Position numbers and translations under genes: made by a program. A stretch of DNA of 64,000 nt from Candidatus Woykebacteria bacterium (lineage in GTDB: Bacteria > Patescibacteriota > Microgenomatia > Woykebacterales > RBG-16-39-9b): NCBI GenBank assembly GCA_040876265.1, contig JBBDPN010000001.1, forward strand, positions 310,208-374,207, given 5' to 3'. Of the stretch, positions 19,608 to 28,334 are shown piece by piece. The stretch's first letter is position 1; every line of letters begins with the position of its first letter. The notes below the pieces were generated by a model. That model saw only the letters and a list, made by a program, of their open reading frames with translations, had not been told where the DNA came from and did no database searches.

Positions 19608-19626
19608 TTTTTACCTCAAAATTATT

Positions 19627-19956
19627 TTACGAACCGATTTTTTCAATAAGCACCTTTGTAAGGTGCTGCCTATGACCAAGCTTTCGACGGTAACCACTCT
19701 TAGCTTTGTATTTGAAGACGTCAATTTTTTTTGCTTTTTTGTCCTCCAGAACTTTGGCTTTTACTTTCACATCAACAAGAGGCTGGCCAATTTTCAAATT
19801 CCCATCGTCTACCGTAAGCAGAACTTGGTCAAATTCGATAGACAAGTTTTTATCCGATGCCTTATTACTAGAGGTTTTTATTTTCTCGACTTCGATAGTC
19901 TGACCCTCAGATACTTTGTATTGTTTACCGCCTGATCTAATTACAGCGTATTTCAT
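19627..19956 (-). CDS. rplU: 50S ribosomal protein L21
   Basis: YAVIRSGGKQYKV, GHRQHLT. Confidence 0.97.
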   Translation of the reverse strand: MKYAVIRSGGKQYKVSEGQTIEVEKIKTSSNKASDKNLSIEFDQVLLTVDDGNLKIGQPLVDVKVKAKVLEDKKAKKIDVFKYKAKSGYRRKLGHRQHLTKVLIEKIGS

Positions 19957-20031
19957 ATATTAGCTCCTAAGATGTAACAGTGCCTAAATAATATAGGCTA
20001 ATAACATACCTGTCAACTGGGGAAAACTATA

Positions 20032-21114
20032 TCAAACATCTATCGAACTCTTTGTGGCCGAATTAACTAAAGACAGTAAGATAAACAGTGAAGCTAGGGA
20101 GCTGCCTCCAAAAGAAACAAAAGGTAAAGTAACACCGCTGATAGGAAAAATACCCATGTTCATCGCTGCGTTCATAAAGAACTGTATGGATAAGACGGAG
20201 GCTACACCGTAGGCGAAAAGTTTGGTTTCAATCTGTGTAGATTTCGTAGCCAGATATAATATCCTAAAAATAAGAAGGCTAAAAATCACTATAATTAAGC
20301 CAACACCAACAAATCCCAACTCCTCGCCCGTGGCGGCGAAAATAAAATCAGTCCGGCCTTCTGGTAAAAAATCCAGATGTGATTGAGTACCCCTACCTAA
20401 ACCTCTCCCAAAAAATTGACCGCTTCCTAAAGCTATTAGGGCTTGGACCAAATTGTAACTAGCTCCTTGAGGGTCAAGATTTGGGTTAAAGAAGGTAATA
20501 ACTCGTAGTCTTTGGTAGTCTTTTAAAACCAGGTTCCAAATTATTGGAAGAGAAACTAATCCAAGCACTATAAGGGCGATCAAATAATGCAGCCCAGCGC
20601 CAGCGATAAAAACCATGAGAAACCAGGTAGCAGCAAGTATAACCGCGTTACTCAGGTCCGGCTGAGTCAAGATAAATAAGGCGGGCACGGCCACTACAGC
20701 TGCCGAAATTAAGAAGATTTTTAATCCGACTGGCGCTTTATATGCTAATAAATAGGCTAGTGCCAGAGTAATTACTGGCTTAGCCAGCTCTGATCCTTGA
20801 ATAGTAACGAAGCCCAAATCTACCCACCGAGTAGAACCTCTCACCTCTATACCTATTAAAAAAGTTAGGAATAAAAAACCGATTAGAAAAAAATAAAACA
20901 AGTATGAAATCTGTAGCATAGTTTTAAACTTGATATTTATAATAATTAGGTACAGAACTAGTGAAAAAATTAGATAGGAGGACTGGCGGATAAAAAACGA
21001 AGTATCGTCTTCAAAAGAGATACTAAAAATCATCAAGAGGCCCAGGCAAGAAAGCAGAACTGCGGGAAGCAATATGAAAAAGTCCACCCTCCTTAAAATT
21101 CTAAGTAACCACAT
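20032..21114 (-). CDS. rodA: SEDS family rod-shape protein RodA
   Basis: RWVDLG, QPDLS, YQRLR, GRGTQSHLDFLPE.TDFIF, GVTLPFVSFGGSS. Confidence 0.9.
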   Translation of the reverse strand: MWLLRILRRVDFFILLPAVLLSCLGLLMIFSISFEDDTSFFIRQSSYLIFSLVLYLIIINIKFKTMLQISYLFYFFLIGFLFLTFLIGIEVRGSTRWVDLGFVTIQGSELAKPVITLALAYLLAYKAPVGLKIFLISAAVVAVPALFILTQPDLSNAVILAATWFLMVFIAGAGLHYLIALIVLGLVSLPIIWNLVLKDYQRLRVITFFNPNLDPQGASYNLVQALIALGSGQFFGRGLGRGTQSHLDFLPEGRTDFIFAATGEELGFVGVGLIIVIFSLLIFRILYLATKSTQIETKLFAYGVASVLSIQFFMNAAMNMGIFPISGVTLPFVSFGGSSLASLFILLSLVNSATKSSIDV

Positions 21115-21123
21115 TTAAGAGAT

Positions 21124-23964
21124 TTATTTTTTAATTGAAATTTCCTTACCTTTTACGATACTTTTCGCTAAAGTTTCCTTCATTATAAAACTCTCGTGTT
21201 CTGAGGGCCAGTCAGGTAAAAATACTGTAACAAGACTACTGAAAGGGACTTTTGCTTCTTTCCTCTTCTCTTGAATTTTCCTAATCAGATCCCTTGCCTC
21301 GCCTTCTGCTTCAAGTTCCCGTGTAATCTGGGTATCAAGCGACACTTCTTTAGTTTTTGTAAGCTCTGCTTCCTTAATATTTAATTCGCTCAAGATAAGA
21401 TCCAGATATTCGTTCGGTACCTCATATTCCAAAGGTATAAAAATCTTTTTTAGAGGTTGGCGCACTTTAATCCCGATCTCTTTTCGTTTAGCATGTCCGA
21501 GCTTAACGATCATTCTTGTTTTGTCCATCAGCTCTTTATACTCTGCTTTATACTGTTTCTGTAGTTTTGGCCACCCTTCCAAATGGACAGATGGTAATGA
21601 AGTCAAGCCTTTGTATATTTTTTCGCTGATAAATGGGGCGAATGGGGCGAGTAATTTCGCCACTGTTACCAAAACTTCATAGGTAGTTTGATAAAAATGA
21701 TCCTTATCATCGGAACCTGAATTAGTAGGCCCTACTCTATTTCTACTACGGCGAAGATACCAAGTAGAAACATTATTCACTAGGAAATCTTCAATCCTTC
21801 GGCTAGCTGCAGTCACATTATAATTGTCAAAATCGTCCGTAACTTTTTCAATAAGGTTGTCGAGTTCGGATAATACCCACTGATCAAGGATATTATTACT
21901 TGTACCCATCTTTTTATCTAACGACCAACCGTCAATATTGGCATAGGTAACAAAAAAGATGTAGGAGTTCCAGAAAGTTAAGAGGAACCTCTTAACAACG
22001 TCCTCAACCAACCGAATGGAAAAACGATATTCATTTCCTGCAGTCGCGGAAGAAAAGAAGTACCACCTCATAGCATCCGCCCCAACGGTATTGATGACCT
22101 CCCAAGGATCAACTACGTTACCTTTACTTTTACTCATCTTCTGGCCTTTTTCATCCAAAACAAGGCCAAGACTGATCACATTTTTGTAAGGGAAGCCTTC
22201 TTTTACTTCACCTGTCTTTTCTAGCAATGTAGCAATCGCTAACAGCGTATAGAACCATCCTCTTGTTTGGTCCATCGCTTCACAAATATAATCGGCTGGA
22301 TACCAATCTTTAAACCTCTGGTTATTTTCGAAAGGGTAGTGCCACTGGGCGAAGGGCATTGACCCAGAATCAAACCAAACATCTATCACCGCAGAAAGTC
22401 TAATCATTGTCTCGTTACACTCTTCGCATTGAATTGCTATAGCATCGATAAATGGTCTGTGGAGATCTAAACTCTTATAATTTATGTCCAGCCCGAGTTC
22501 TTGAGCGCTGCCTATTACTTTAAAATGCCCATTTGGACATTTCCAAATGGGTAAGGGGGTTCCCCAAAACCTATTTCTAGATAAATTCCAATCCTTGAGA
22601 TTCTCTAACCACTCCCCCATTCTACCTACTTTAACGTGAGGTGGGACCCAATCGATTTTCTGGTTATTTTTAATTAATTTTTCGTTTACAGCAGTCGTTC
22701 TGATAAACCAAGACTCAAGGGCATAATATAAAAGCGGCGTTTCACAGCGCCAACAAAAGGGGTAGGTATGTTTAATAGTTTCAGATTTATAAAGAAGCTC
22801 TCTTTTTTCTAAATCCCCAATTATATATTTATCCGCCTTCTTTACAAACTCGCCAGCAAAGGGTTTGGCCTGCGGTATAAATTCCCCTTTGTTATTCACT
22901 AAATGCTTCATTGGAAGATCCAATCTCTTACCGAGCTCAAAGTCTTCCTCCCCATACATCACTGCGGTGTGAACAATTCCAGTACCTTCATCCTCAGTGG
23001 CAAAACCTGCTTCCGCTACATAATGAGCTTTTTTATCATACTTAACAAACTGATAAAGTGGCTTATAATGCCTACCAACCAAATCTCTAGCCTTTAGCTC
23101 TTTCTCCAACTCGTACGGTTCCTTAACTATTTCTTTTATCTTTGATTTCGCCAAGATTAGTTTTTCCTCACCTACCCTTATCTTGGCGTATTTGATCTCT
23201 CCGCCCACAGCCAAAGCAACATTACCCGGAAGTGTCCAGGGGGTAGTCGTCCAGACCAGGAAAAAGGTGCCAGGTTCATCAATCAATTCGAACTTAACAT
23301 AAATTGAAGGGTCTGGAACATTATCTTTATATCCTAACGCAACTTCGTGGGAAGAAAGAGATGTACCACAACGGGGACAATAAGGTGCTACTTTATAGTC
23401 TTGGACCAATAAACCCTTCTCCCAGATTTTTTTCAGTGCCCACCAAACGCTTTCGATATAGCTGTTATCAAGCGTAATATAAGGACGGTCCATATCGATC
23501 CAGAAACCAATCCTGTTGGTAATTTCTTTCCAATCTGCGACATATTTAAAGACATTTTCTCGACAAAGCTTGTTAAAAAACTCGATTGAGTCTCTCTGGT
23601 TTTCGTAATCTGATTTACGTGGGTCGTGTCTTAAATTCAAAATATCTTGTTTACCGCTTATTCCAAGCTGCTTTTCAACTTCGAGTTCTACGGGTAGCCC
23701 ATGAGTGTCCCAGCCTCCCTTCCTTTCGACCAGAAAACCTCTCATGGTCTTATAACGACAGATAATATCTTTGAATGCTCTAGCTAAAACATGATGAACG
23801 CCAGGTTTACCATTGGCTGTTGGTGGACCTTCGTAAAAAACAAATCTCTTTTTTTCTTTATTTTTTTCAAGGGACTTCTTGAATATGTCTTCCTTTTGCC
23901 AAAACTTTAGGATTTCTTTTTCTAGTTCAGGAAAGCTCACCTTAGTAGAAACAGGTTCGAACAT
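21124..23964 (-). CDS. ileS: Isoleucyl-tRNA synthetase (type 2)
   Basis: EGPPTANG, GWDTHGLPVE, WTTTPWTLP, DQTRGWFY, KMSKS. Confidence 0.97.
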   Translation of the reverse strand: MFEPVSTKVSFPELEKEILKFWQKEDIFKKSLEKNKEKKRFVFYEGPPTANGKPGVHHVLARAFKDIICRYKTMRGFLVERKGGWDTHGLPVELEVEKQLGISGKQDILNLRHDPRKSDYENQRDSIEFFNKLCRENVFKYVADWKEITNRIGFWIDMDRPYITLDNSYIESVWWALKKIWEKGLLVQDYKVAPYCPRCGTSLSSHEVALGYKDNVPDPSIYVKFELIDEPGTFFLVWTTTPWTLPGNVALAVGGEIKYAKIRVGEEKLILAKSKIKEIVKEPYELEKELKARDLVGRHYKPLYQFVKYDKKAHYVAEAGFATEDEGTGIVHTAVMYGEEDFELGKRLDLPMKHLVNNKGEFIPQAKPFAGEFVKKADKYIIGDLEKRELLYKSETIKHTYPFCWRCETPLLYYALESWFIRTTAVNEKLIKNNQKIDWVPPHVKVGRMGEWLENLKDWNLSRNRFWGTPLPIWKCPNGHFKVIGSAQELGLDINYKSLDLHRPFIDAIAIQCEECNETMIRLSAVIDVWFDSGSMPFAQWHYPFENNQRFKDWYPADYICEAMDQTRGWFYTLLAIATLLEKTGEVKEGFPYKNVISLGLVLDEKGQKMSKSKGNVVDPWEVINTVGADAMRWYFFSSATAGNEYRFSIRLVEDVVKRFLLTFWNSYIFFVTYANIDGWSLDKKMGTSNNILDQWVLSELDNLIEKVTDDFDNYNVTAASRRIEDFLVNNVSTWYLRRSRNRVGPTNSGSDDKDHFYQTTYEVLVTVAKLLAPFAPFISEKIYKGLTSLPSVHLEGWPKLQKQYKAEYKELMDKTRMIVKLGHAKRKEIGIKVRQPLKKIFIPLEYEVPNEYLDLILSELNIKEAELTKTKEVSLDTQITRELEAEGEARDLIRKIQEKRKEAKVPFSSLVTVFLPDWPSEHESFIMKETLAKSIVKGKEISIKK

Positions 23965-24039
23965 AAGGATATATTATAGCAGAATGTAGGTATAAAGTGA
24001 GTCTCTAAATTTGAGGATAATAAAATTCAGTATCAATCC

Positions 24040-24059
24040 CCTCTCGATGTAACGAGAGG
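24040..24059 (-). terminator. Hairpin downstream of the KGG gene
   Basis: CCTCTCG/CGAGAGG inverted repeat. Confidence 0.45.
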
Positions 24060-24086
24060 TCAGCACCTCATAAGCAAATGTCGGTG

Positions 24087-24344
24087 CTAAAATTCAAATC
24101 GCATCTGTTTTCTGGCTCTACTCCTACCGCCTCTCTTACCAATCTCGGAGTAAAAGGCCGGACCGTGCTTTTCCTTGACTCTTTCACCACCCTTCTCTCC
24201 GATTCGAGAGAAAAACTCTGGTCCATAGGTCTTCTTCGTTGCTTGTCCACCTTTACGACCAATCTCAGCGTAGAAAGAAGGTCCATACTTCTTTTTTACA
24301 GCGATACCTCCACGCCTGCCAGCCTCTTCAGTGGTCATGGTCAT
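24087..24344 (-). CDS. KGG-repeat general stress protein (Em/GsiB-like)
   Basis: EAGRRGG plus three repeats of GPxFY/FxxIGxKGG; SD GGAGGTG. Confidence 0.85.
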   Translation of the reverse strand: MTMTTEEAGRRGGIAVKKKYGPSFYAEIGRKGGQATKKTYGPEFFSRIGEKGGERVKEKHGPAFYSEIGKRGGRSRARKQMRFEF

Positions 24345-24496
24345 TTTTTATTTTCACCTCCTCTCAATCAGTCTCAACAATACACTCAACTTTTAGATAT
24401 TGTCAAGTTAGCTTAATAATACTTAGTATCATGTTGGTATAAAACCTTACAGTATTAATGTAACTTACTTGTGAAATAGTGTCAAGATATGATTTG

Positions 24497-24696
24497 AAAA
24501 AAACCCTGCTTTCGCAGAGCCCGTTGTTGTGTGCTGCCCCCAGAACCTATAATTTGGCCTGTTTCTAATTTTAAAAAGACCAGTTTCACACAACTTACAA
24601 TTTTGTAATTTTACAAAGTCTATAGTAAAAAAATCAACAATCAATCGGCCATCAGTCCCACCGAATTGTCAAACACCCCAATTAGCACTTGCAGAC
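24497..24696 (-). ncRNA. Candidate ~200-nt small RNA
   Basis: TATAAT at 24708-24703, internal stems, terminator GCTCTGC-GAAA-GCAGGGT plus T-run; no sizeable ORF. Confidence 0.4.
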
Positions 24697-24798
24697 TGTT
24701 ATATTATACGTTAGTATTGATTATTGGTTATTTAATAAAAACGCTGAATTTTTTGCAAAACAATCATCTCGCTTCACTGAAAGAATAATTGATACTAC

Positions 24799-25113
24799 TT
24801 GATGAAATCTACAGATACAAAGCCTCTATTCACTCTATCAGTAACTGCGGAGATAATGGGAGTGCACCCACGCACTCTAATGATCTACGAAGCAGAAAAA
24901 TTGGTTGTGCCAGCCAGGACTAAAACCAACCGCCGTCGCTATTCACAAAAAGATCTTAAAAAACTTCAGTTTATACGGTTTTTGACAAATAAAAAAGGTT
25001 TGAACTTAGCAGGTGTTTCTTATATTCTGAAGATTCTAAATCTAGCTGAAAAGAACGGTTTAAATATCCAAAAAGCAGCCTTTCCCGATTTCACCGAATC
25101 CCAAATAGTCTAA
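24799..25113 (+). CDS. MerR-family (HspR-like) transcriptional regulator
   Basis: PLFTLSVTAEIMGVHPRTLMIYE..PAR..RRYS..GLNLAGV. Confidence 0.88.
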   Translation: MMKSTDTKPLFTLSVTAEIMGVHPRTLMIYEAEKLVVPARTKTNRRRYSQKDLKKLQFIRFLTNKKGLNLAGVSYILKILNLAEKNGLNIQKAAFPDFTESQIV

Positions 25114-25229
25114 ATCTCAATCCTCTAGTCTGTACACCGGTTGACATCTAGGTTTGAGTTGATAACAATGTTGTGCAATTTTGTGAGTGTATTGACTTGC
25201 GAAAAAATTTAAGCTATCATTTATCACCC

Positions 25230-25269
25230 GAGCTCTCTGTGATGCCCTCCGCAGGGAGCTCTTTAATTT
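25230..25269. terminator. Hairpin at the pyrG 3' end (terminator or tiny RNA)
   Basis: GAGCTCTCTG..CAGGGAGCTC followed by TTTAATTTT on the plus strand. Confidence 0.55.
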
Positions 25270-26946
25270 TTATATGCTTATTTTTTCTCGCTTTGACCCG
25301 GCACCAATACCAATCCTTTTTTTACCTAAAGAGGCATTGATAAAAGCTGAATACAGTGGGTGAGGTTTAAGTGGTCTTGACTTAAACTCAGGGTGAAACT
25401 GAGTTCCAACAAAAAATGGGTGATCGGTAAGTTCAATTATCTCCACTAACCTAGAGTTAGGGCTTGTTCCTGAAATTATCAAACCTGCTTTTTCAAGTTT
25501 TTCTCTGTATTTATTGTTAAATTCATACCTATGTCGATGCCTTTCGTCGATTGAGTCTGTACCATAGATTTGTCTCACAAAAGTCCCTGGTTTAATCTTG
25601 CATGCAAAAGAGCCCAACCGCATCGTGCCGCCATAGTCCTTACCCTCAAGGAGTTTTTCCTGCTCTGACATTACATCTATCACTGGGTGGGGAGTTTCCG
25701 TGTTTATTTCAGTTGTGTGAGCTTTATTTAGCTTCGCAACATTTCTGGCAAATTCTACAGTAGCCAACTGCATACCGTAACAAAGTCCAAAATATGGTAC
25801 TTTGTTTTCCCTAGCAAACCTTATCGCTGAGATAATCCCCTCCACGTCTCTAGAACCAAAACCGCCTGGAACAATAATACCATCAAAATTTTTAAGTTCG
25901 TCTGTGCCATTCTTTTCTATCTGGGCTGAATCGATCCAAGAAATTTCCGCTTTTACTCCATTAGCAGCTGCTGCGTGTTTTATCGATTCTATAACAGACA
26001 GGTAAGCATCCGAGAGTGTAAAATCTCCAGTGGCAAAATACTTACCCACCATGGCTATTCTTACAACCCGGTTGTAATGAACGGCGGCGTCGACCATTTG
26101 TTTCCACTCTTTTAAGTCTCTGGAACGAGCCTTCAATTTCAACTTACTAAGTAATATATCAGATAGATGTTGGTTTTCCAGATTTACCGGCACCTGATAA
26201 ATATTATCGACGTCAGGAGCAGAGATAATATCTTCCTTATTTAAACCACAAGCAACGGCGATCTTTTCTCTTCTCTTTTCATCAACGATCGCGTTGGACC
26301 GTGCTAATACAATATCAGCATTTACCCCAGAAGAAGCTAGTTGCAAAATGGACATTTGAGCTGGCTTTGATTTCATTTCACCAATCGAAGGCGGAATTGG
26401 AAGATAGGTTACATGAATGTGCAGCACATCCTCTGGGCAATCAAGTTTTAGTAACCTATTTGCTTCTAGAAACAGTAGGTTCTGATACTCCCCCACAGTC
26501 CCACCAACCTCAAAAACAATTACTTCTGCTTTATTCATCTCCCCACATCTTTTTATGCGCTCTACAATTTCTCTTGGTGGATCTTGAAAGAACTCCACAG
26601 TTTTACCATCGTATCCCAAGGATCGTTCTTTATCGATAATAGATTTGAACACTTGACCGGTCGTCATGTAGTTCGTGGAGTTTAAATTCTGGTTCAGGAA
26701 TCGCTCGTAATTGCCTAGATCCTGATCACACTCCATTCCGTCATCCAACACAAAAACCTCACCGTGTTCAATTGGGTTAAGAGTTCCAGCGTCCACATTC
26801 AAATAGGGATCCGCTTTGATAGCGGTGGCGGAGAATCCTTTGGATTTTAGAAGTAGAGCTATGGAACCAGTAGCTACGCCCTTACCAATTCCAGATACTA
26901 CTCCTCCGGAAACGAATATGTATTTTGTACCTACCCTCTTTGCCAT
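25270..26946 (-). CDS. pyrG: CTP synthase
   Basis: GGVVSGIGKG, KADPYLNVDAGT, GLCYGMQ, ERHRHRYE, QFHPEF. Confidence 0.98.
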   Translation of the reverse strand: MAKRVGTKYIFVSGGVVSGIGKGVATGSIALLLKSKGFSATAIKADPYLNVDAGTLNPIEHGEVFVLDDGMECDQDLGNYERFLNQNLNSTNYMTTGQVFKSIIDKERSLGYDGKTVEFFQDPPREIVERIKRCGEMNKAEVIVFEVGGTVGEYQNLLFLEANRLLKLDCPEDVLHIHVTYLPIPPSIGEMKSKPAQMSILQLASSGVNADIVLARSNAIVDEKRREKIAVACGLNKEDIISAPDVDNIYQVPVNLENQHLSDILLSKLKLKARSRDLKEWKQMVDAAVHYNRVVRIAMVGKYFATGDFTLSDAYLSVIESIKHAAAANGVKAEISWIDSAQIEKNGTDELKNFDGIIVPGGFGSRDVEGIISAIRFARENKVPYFGLCYGMQLATVEFARNVAKLNKAHTTEINTETPHPVIDVMSEQEKLLEGKDYGGTMRLGSFACKIKPGTFVRQIYGTDSIDERHRHRYEFNNKYREKLEKAGLIISGTSPNSRLVEIIELTDHPFFVGTQFHPEFKSRPLKPHPLYSAFINASLGKKRIGIGAGSKREKISI

Positions 26947-26980
26947 TTTCGAATCCTACAAGAAAACGCGGCTTCGCATT

Positions 26981-27050
26981 AAAAAAAGCCCCTTGGGGAA
27001 CTAAATTTGGGGCCCACCATTAATATATATTTTGGCTAGTCAATTGTCAA
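26981..27050 (-). promoter_or_regulatory. pyrG promoter and attenuator leader
   Basis: TTGACA-17-TATATT, transcript start GGGC, stem GCCCC/GGGGC followed by T7. Confidence 0.65.
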
Positions 27051-27058
27051 TACAGTTT

Positions 27059-27161
27059 TCAACGTTGCTGCATAAATGCAGGAATATAAGATCACTCGTA
27101 GCTTATGCCATTTCGCTTCGCTCAAAGCCAGCTACTCCGAGTCTTTAGTTCCGTCTTTCCC
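27059..27161 (-). repeat. Palindromic element plus orphan copy of the ftsZ 3' end (YIPAFMQQR*)
   Basis: 27059-27088 matches 27162-27191 at 21/30 nt; stems ACTCG/CGAGT and TAGCT/AGCTA around TTTCGCTTCGCTCAAA. Confidence 0.75.
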
Positions 27162-28253
27162 TCAACGCTGTCTCATGAAAGCCGGAACATCGTACTCATC
27201 AATATTATCGTCTTTTTGATCCTCACCCTGGTCGCTCAAAGAAGTAGCTACTTCTGGGAGTGAATCAAAGGCTTCTTTTGTCTCCACCACTCTGACTTTA
27301 TCATCAGAGAAGCCAGTGGCTATAACCGTAATTTTTATTTGATCAGCCATCGACTCGTCGATCGTGGCACCGAAAATAATGTTGGCTTCAGAATCAGCGG
27401 CCGATGAGATTATTTTAGCGGCTTCATCAACCTCAAACATTGAAAGATCTTGCCCACCAGTTATGTTGAAAAGAATTCCTTTAGCTCCCTCAATTGAAAC
27501 CTCTAAAAGTGGTGAGGCGATAGCTGCCCTAGCCGCACTGGTTGCTCTACCGTCACCAGAACCAAAACCAATACCCATCAAGGAACTTCCAGCGTTTGTC
27601 ATAATACTACGAACGTCAGCAAAATCAACATTTATAAGCCCGGGTAGAACTATAATATCAGAGATACCTTGCACCCCTTGACCCAAAACTGAATCAGCTA
27701 CTTTAAAGGCCTCAAGCAGACTCATTTTTTTGTCAACAACATCCAGAAGCCTTTGGTTTGGTATTACTATCATAGTATCCACTTTATCTTTGAGGGACTC
27801 TACACCGTCTTCGGCAATAAGTTTTCGATGTGAACCTTCAAAAGTAAAAGGTTTAGTGACCACAGAAACAGTAAGGGCCCCGCTTTTCCGAGCAATATCA
27901 GCAAGGATAGGCCCGGCACCGGTACCAGTTCCACCACCCATACCTGCCGTCACAAAAACCATATCGGCGTCTTTCACCATTTCTTGAAGTTTTTCACTAC
28001 TCTCCTCAGCTGCTTTTCTACCAATGTCTGGGTCGCCGCCGCTACCTAAACCTTTTGTCAATTGCTCGCCGACTTGAACCTTTGTTGGGGCGAGACAGGT
28101 TAGAAGCGCCTGTGCATCAGTATTGACGCCGACAAAATCTACACCTTGAATTTGCTGAAGGGAAATCATTGAGCTTAGAGCGTTACATCCTGCTCCACCA
28201 ACACCGACAACTTTAATTTTTGCAAATCTGTTGACTTCTGGTTTGATTAGCAT
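27162..28253 (-). CDS. ftsZ: Cell division protein FtsZ
   Basis: GMGGGTGTG, NVDFAD, C-terminal DVPAFMR. Confidence 0.99.
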   Translation of the reverse strand: MLIKPEVNRFAKIKVVGVGGAGCNALSSMISLQQIQGVDFVGVNTDAQALLTCLAPTKVQVGEQLTKGLGSGGDPDIGRKAAEESSEKLQEMVKDADMVFVTAGMGGGTGTGAGPILADIARKSGALTVSVVTKPFTFEGSHRKLIAEDGVESLKDKVDTMIVIPNQRLLDVVDKKMSLLEAFKVADSVLGQGVQGISDIIVLPGLINVDFADVRSIMTNAGSSLMGIGFGSGDGRATSAARAAIASPLLEVSIEGAKGILFNITGGQDLSMFEVDEAAKIISSAADSEANIIFGATIDESMADQIKITVIATGFSDDKVRVVETKEAFDSLPEVATSLSDQGEDQKDDNIDEYDVPAFMRQR

Positions 28254-28334
28254 AGCCTGCCCTTAAGGAAATAGAGGTCTAACTATTTCAGATTATCGTA
28301 ATTGTAAACCATTGTCAATTGGCACTTTAGCAAC

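Noticed and set aside
23585-23645. Repeat-derived insertion in IleRS (LNLRHDPRKSDYENQRDS)
   Set aside because: Only a weak 5-bp hairpin (CGTAA/TTACG); it cannot be distinguished from a lineage-specific loop without alignments.
24682-24708. CIRCE element
   Set aside because: Only the left half (TTAGCACT) is present; there is no GAGTGCTAA arm.
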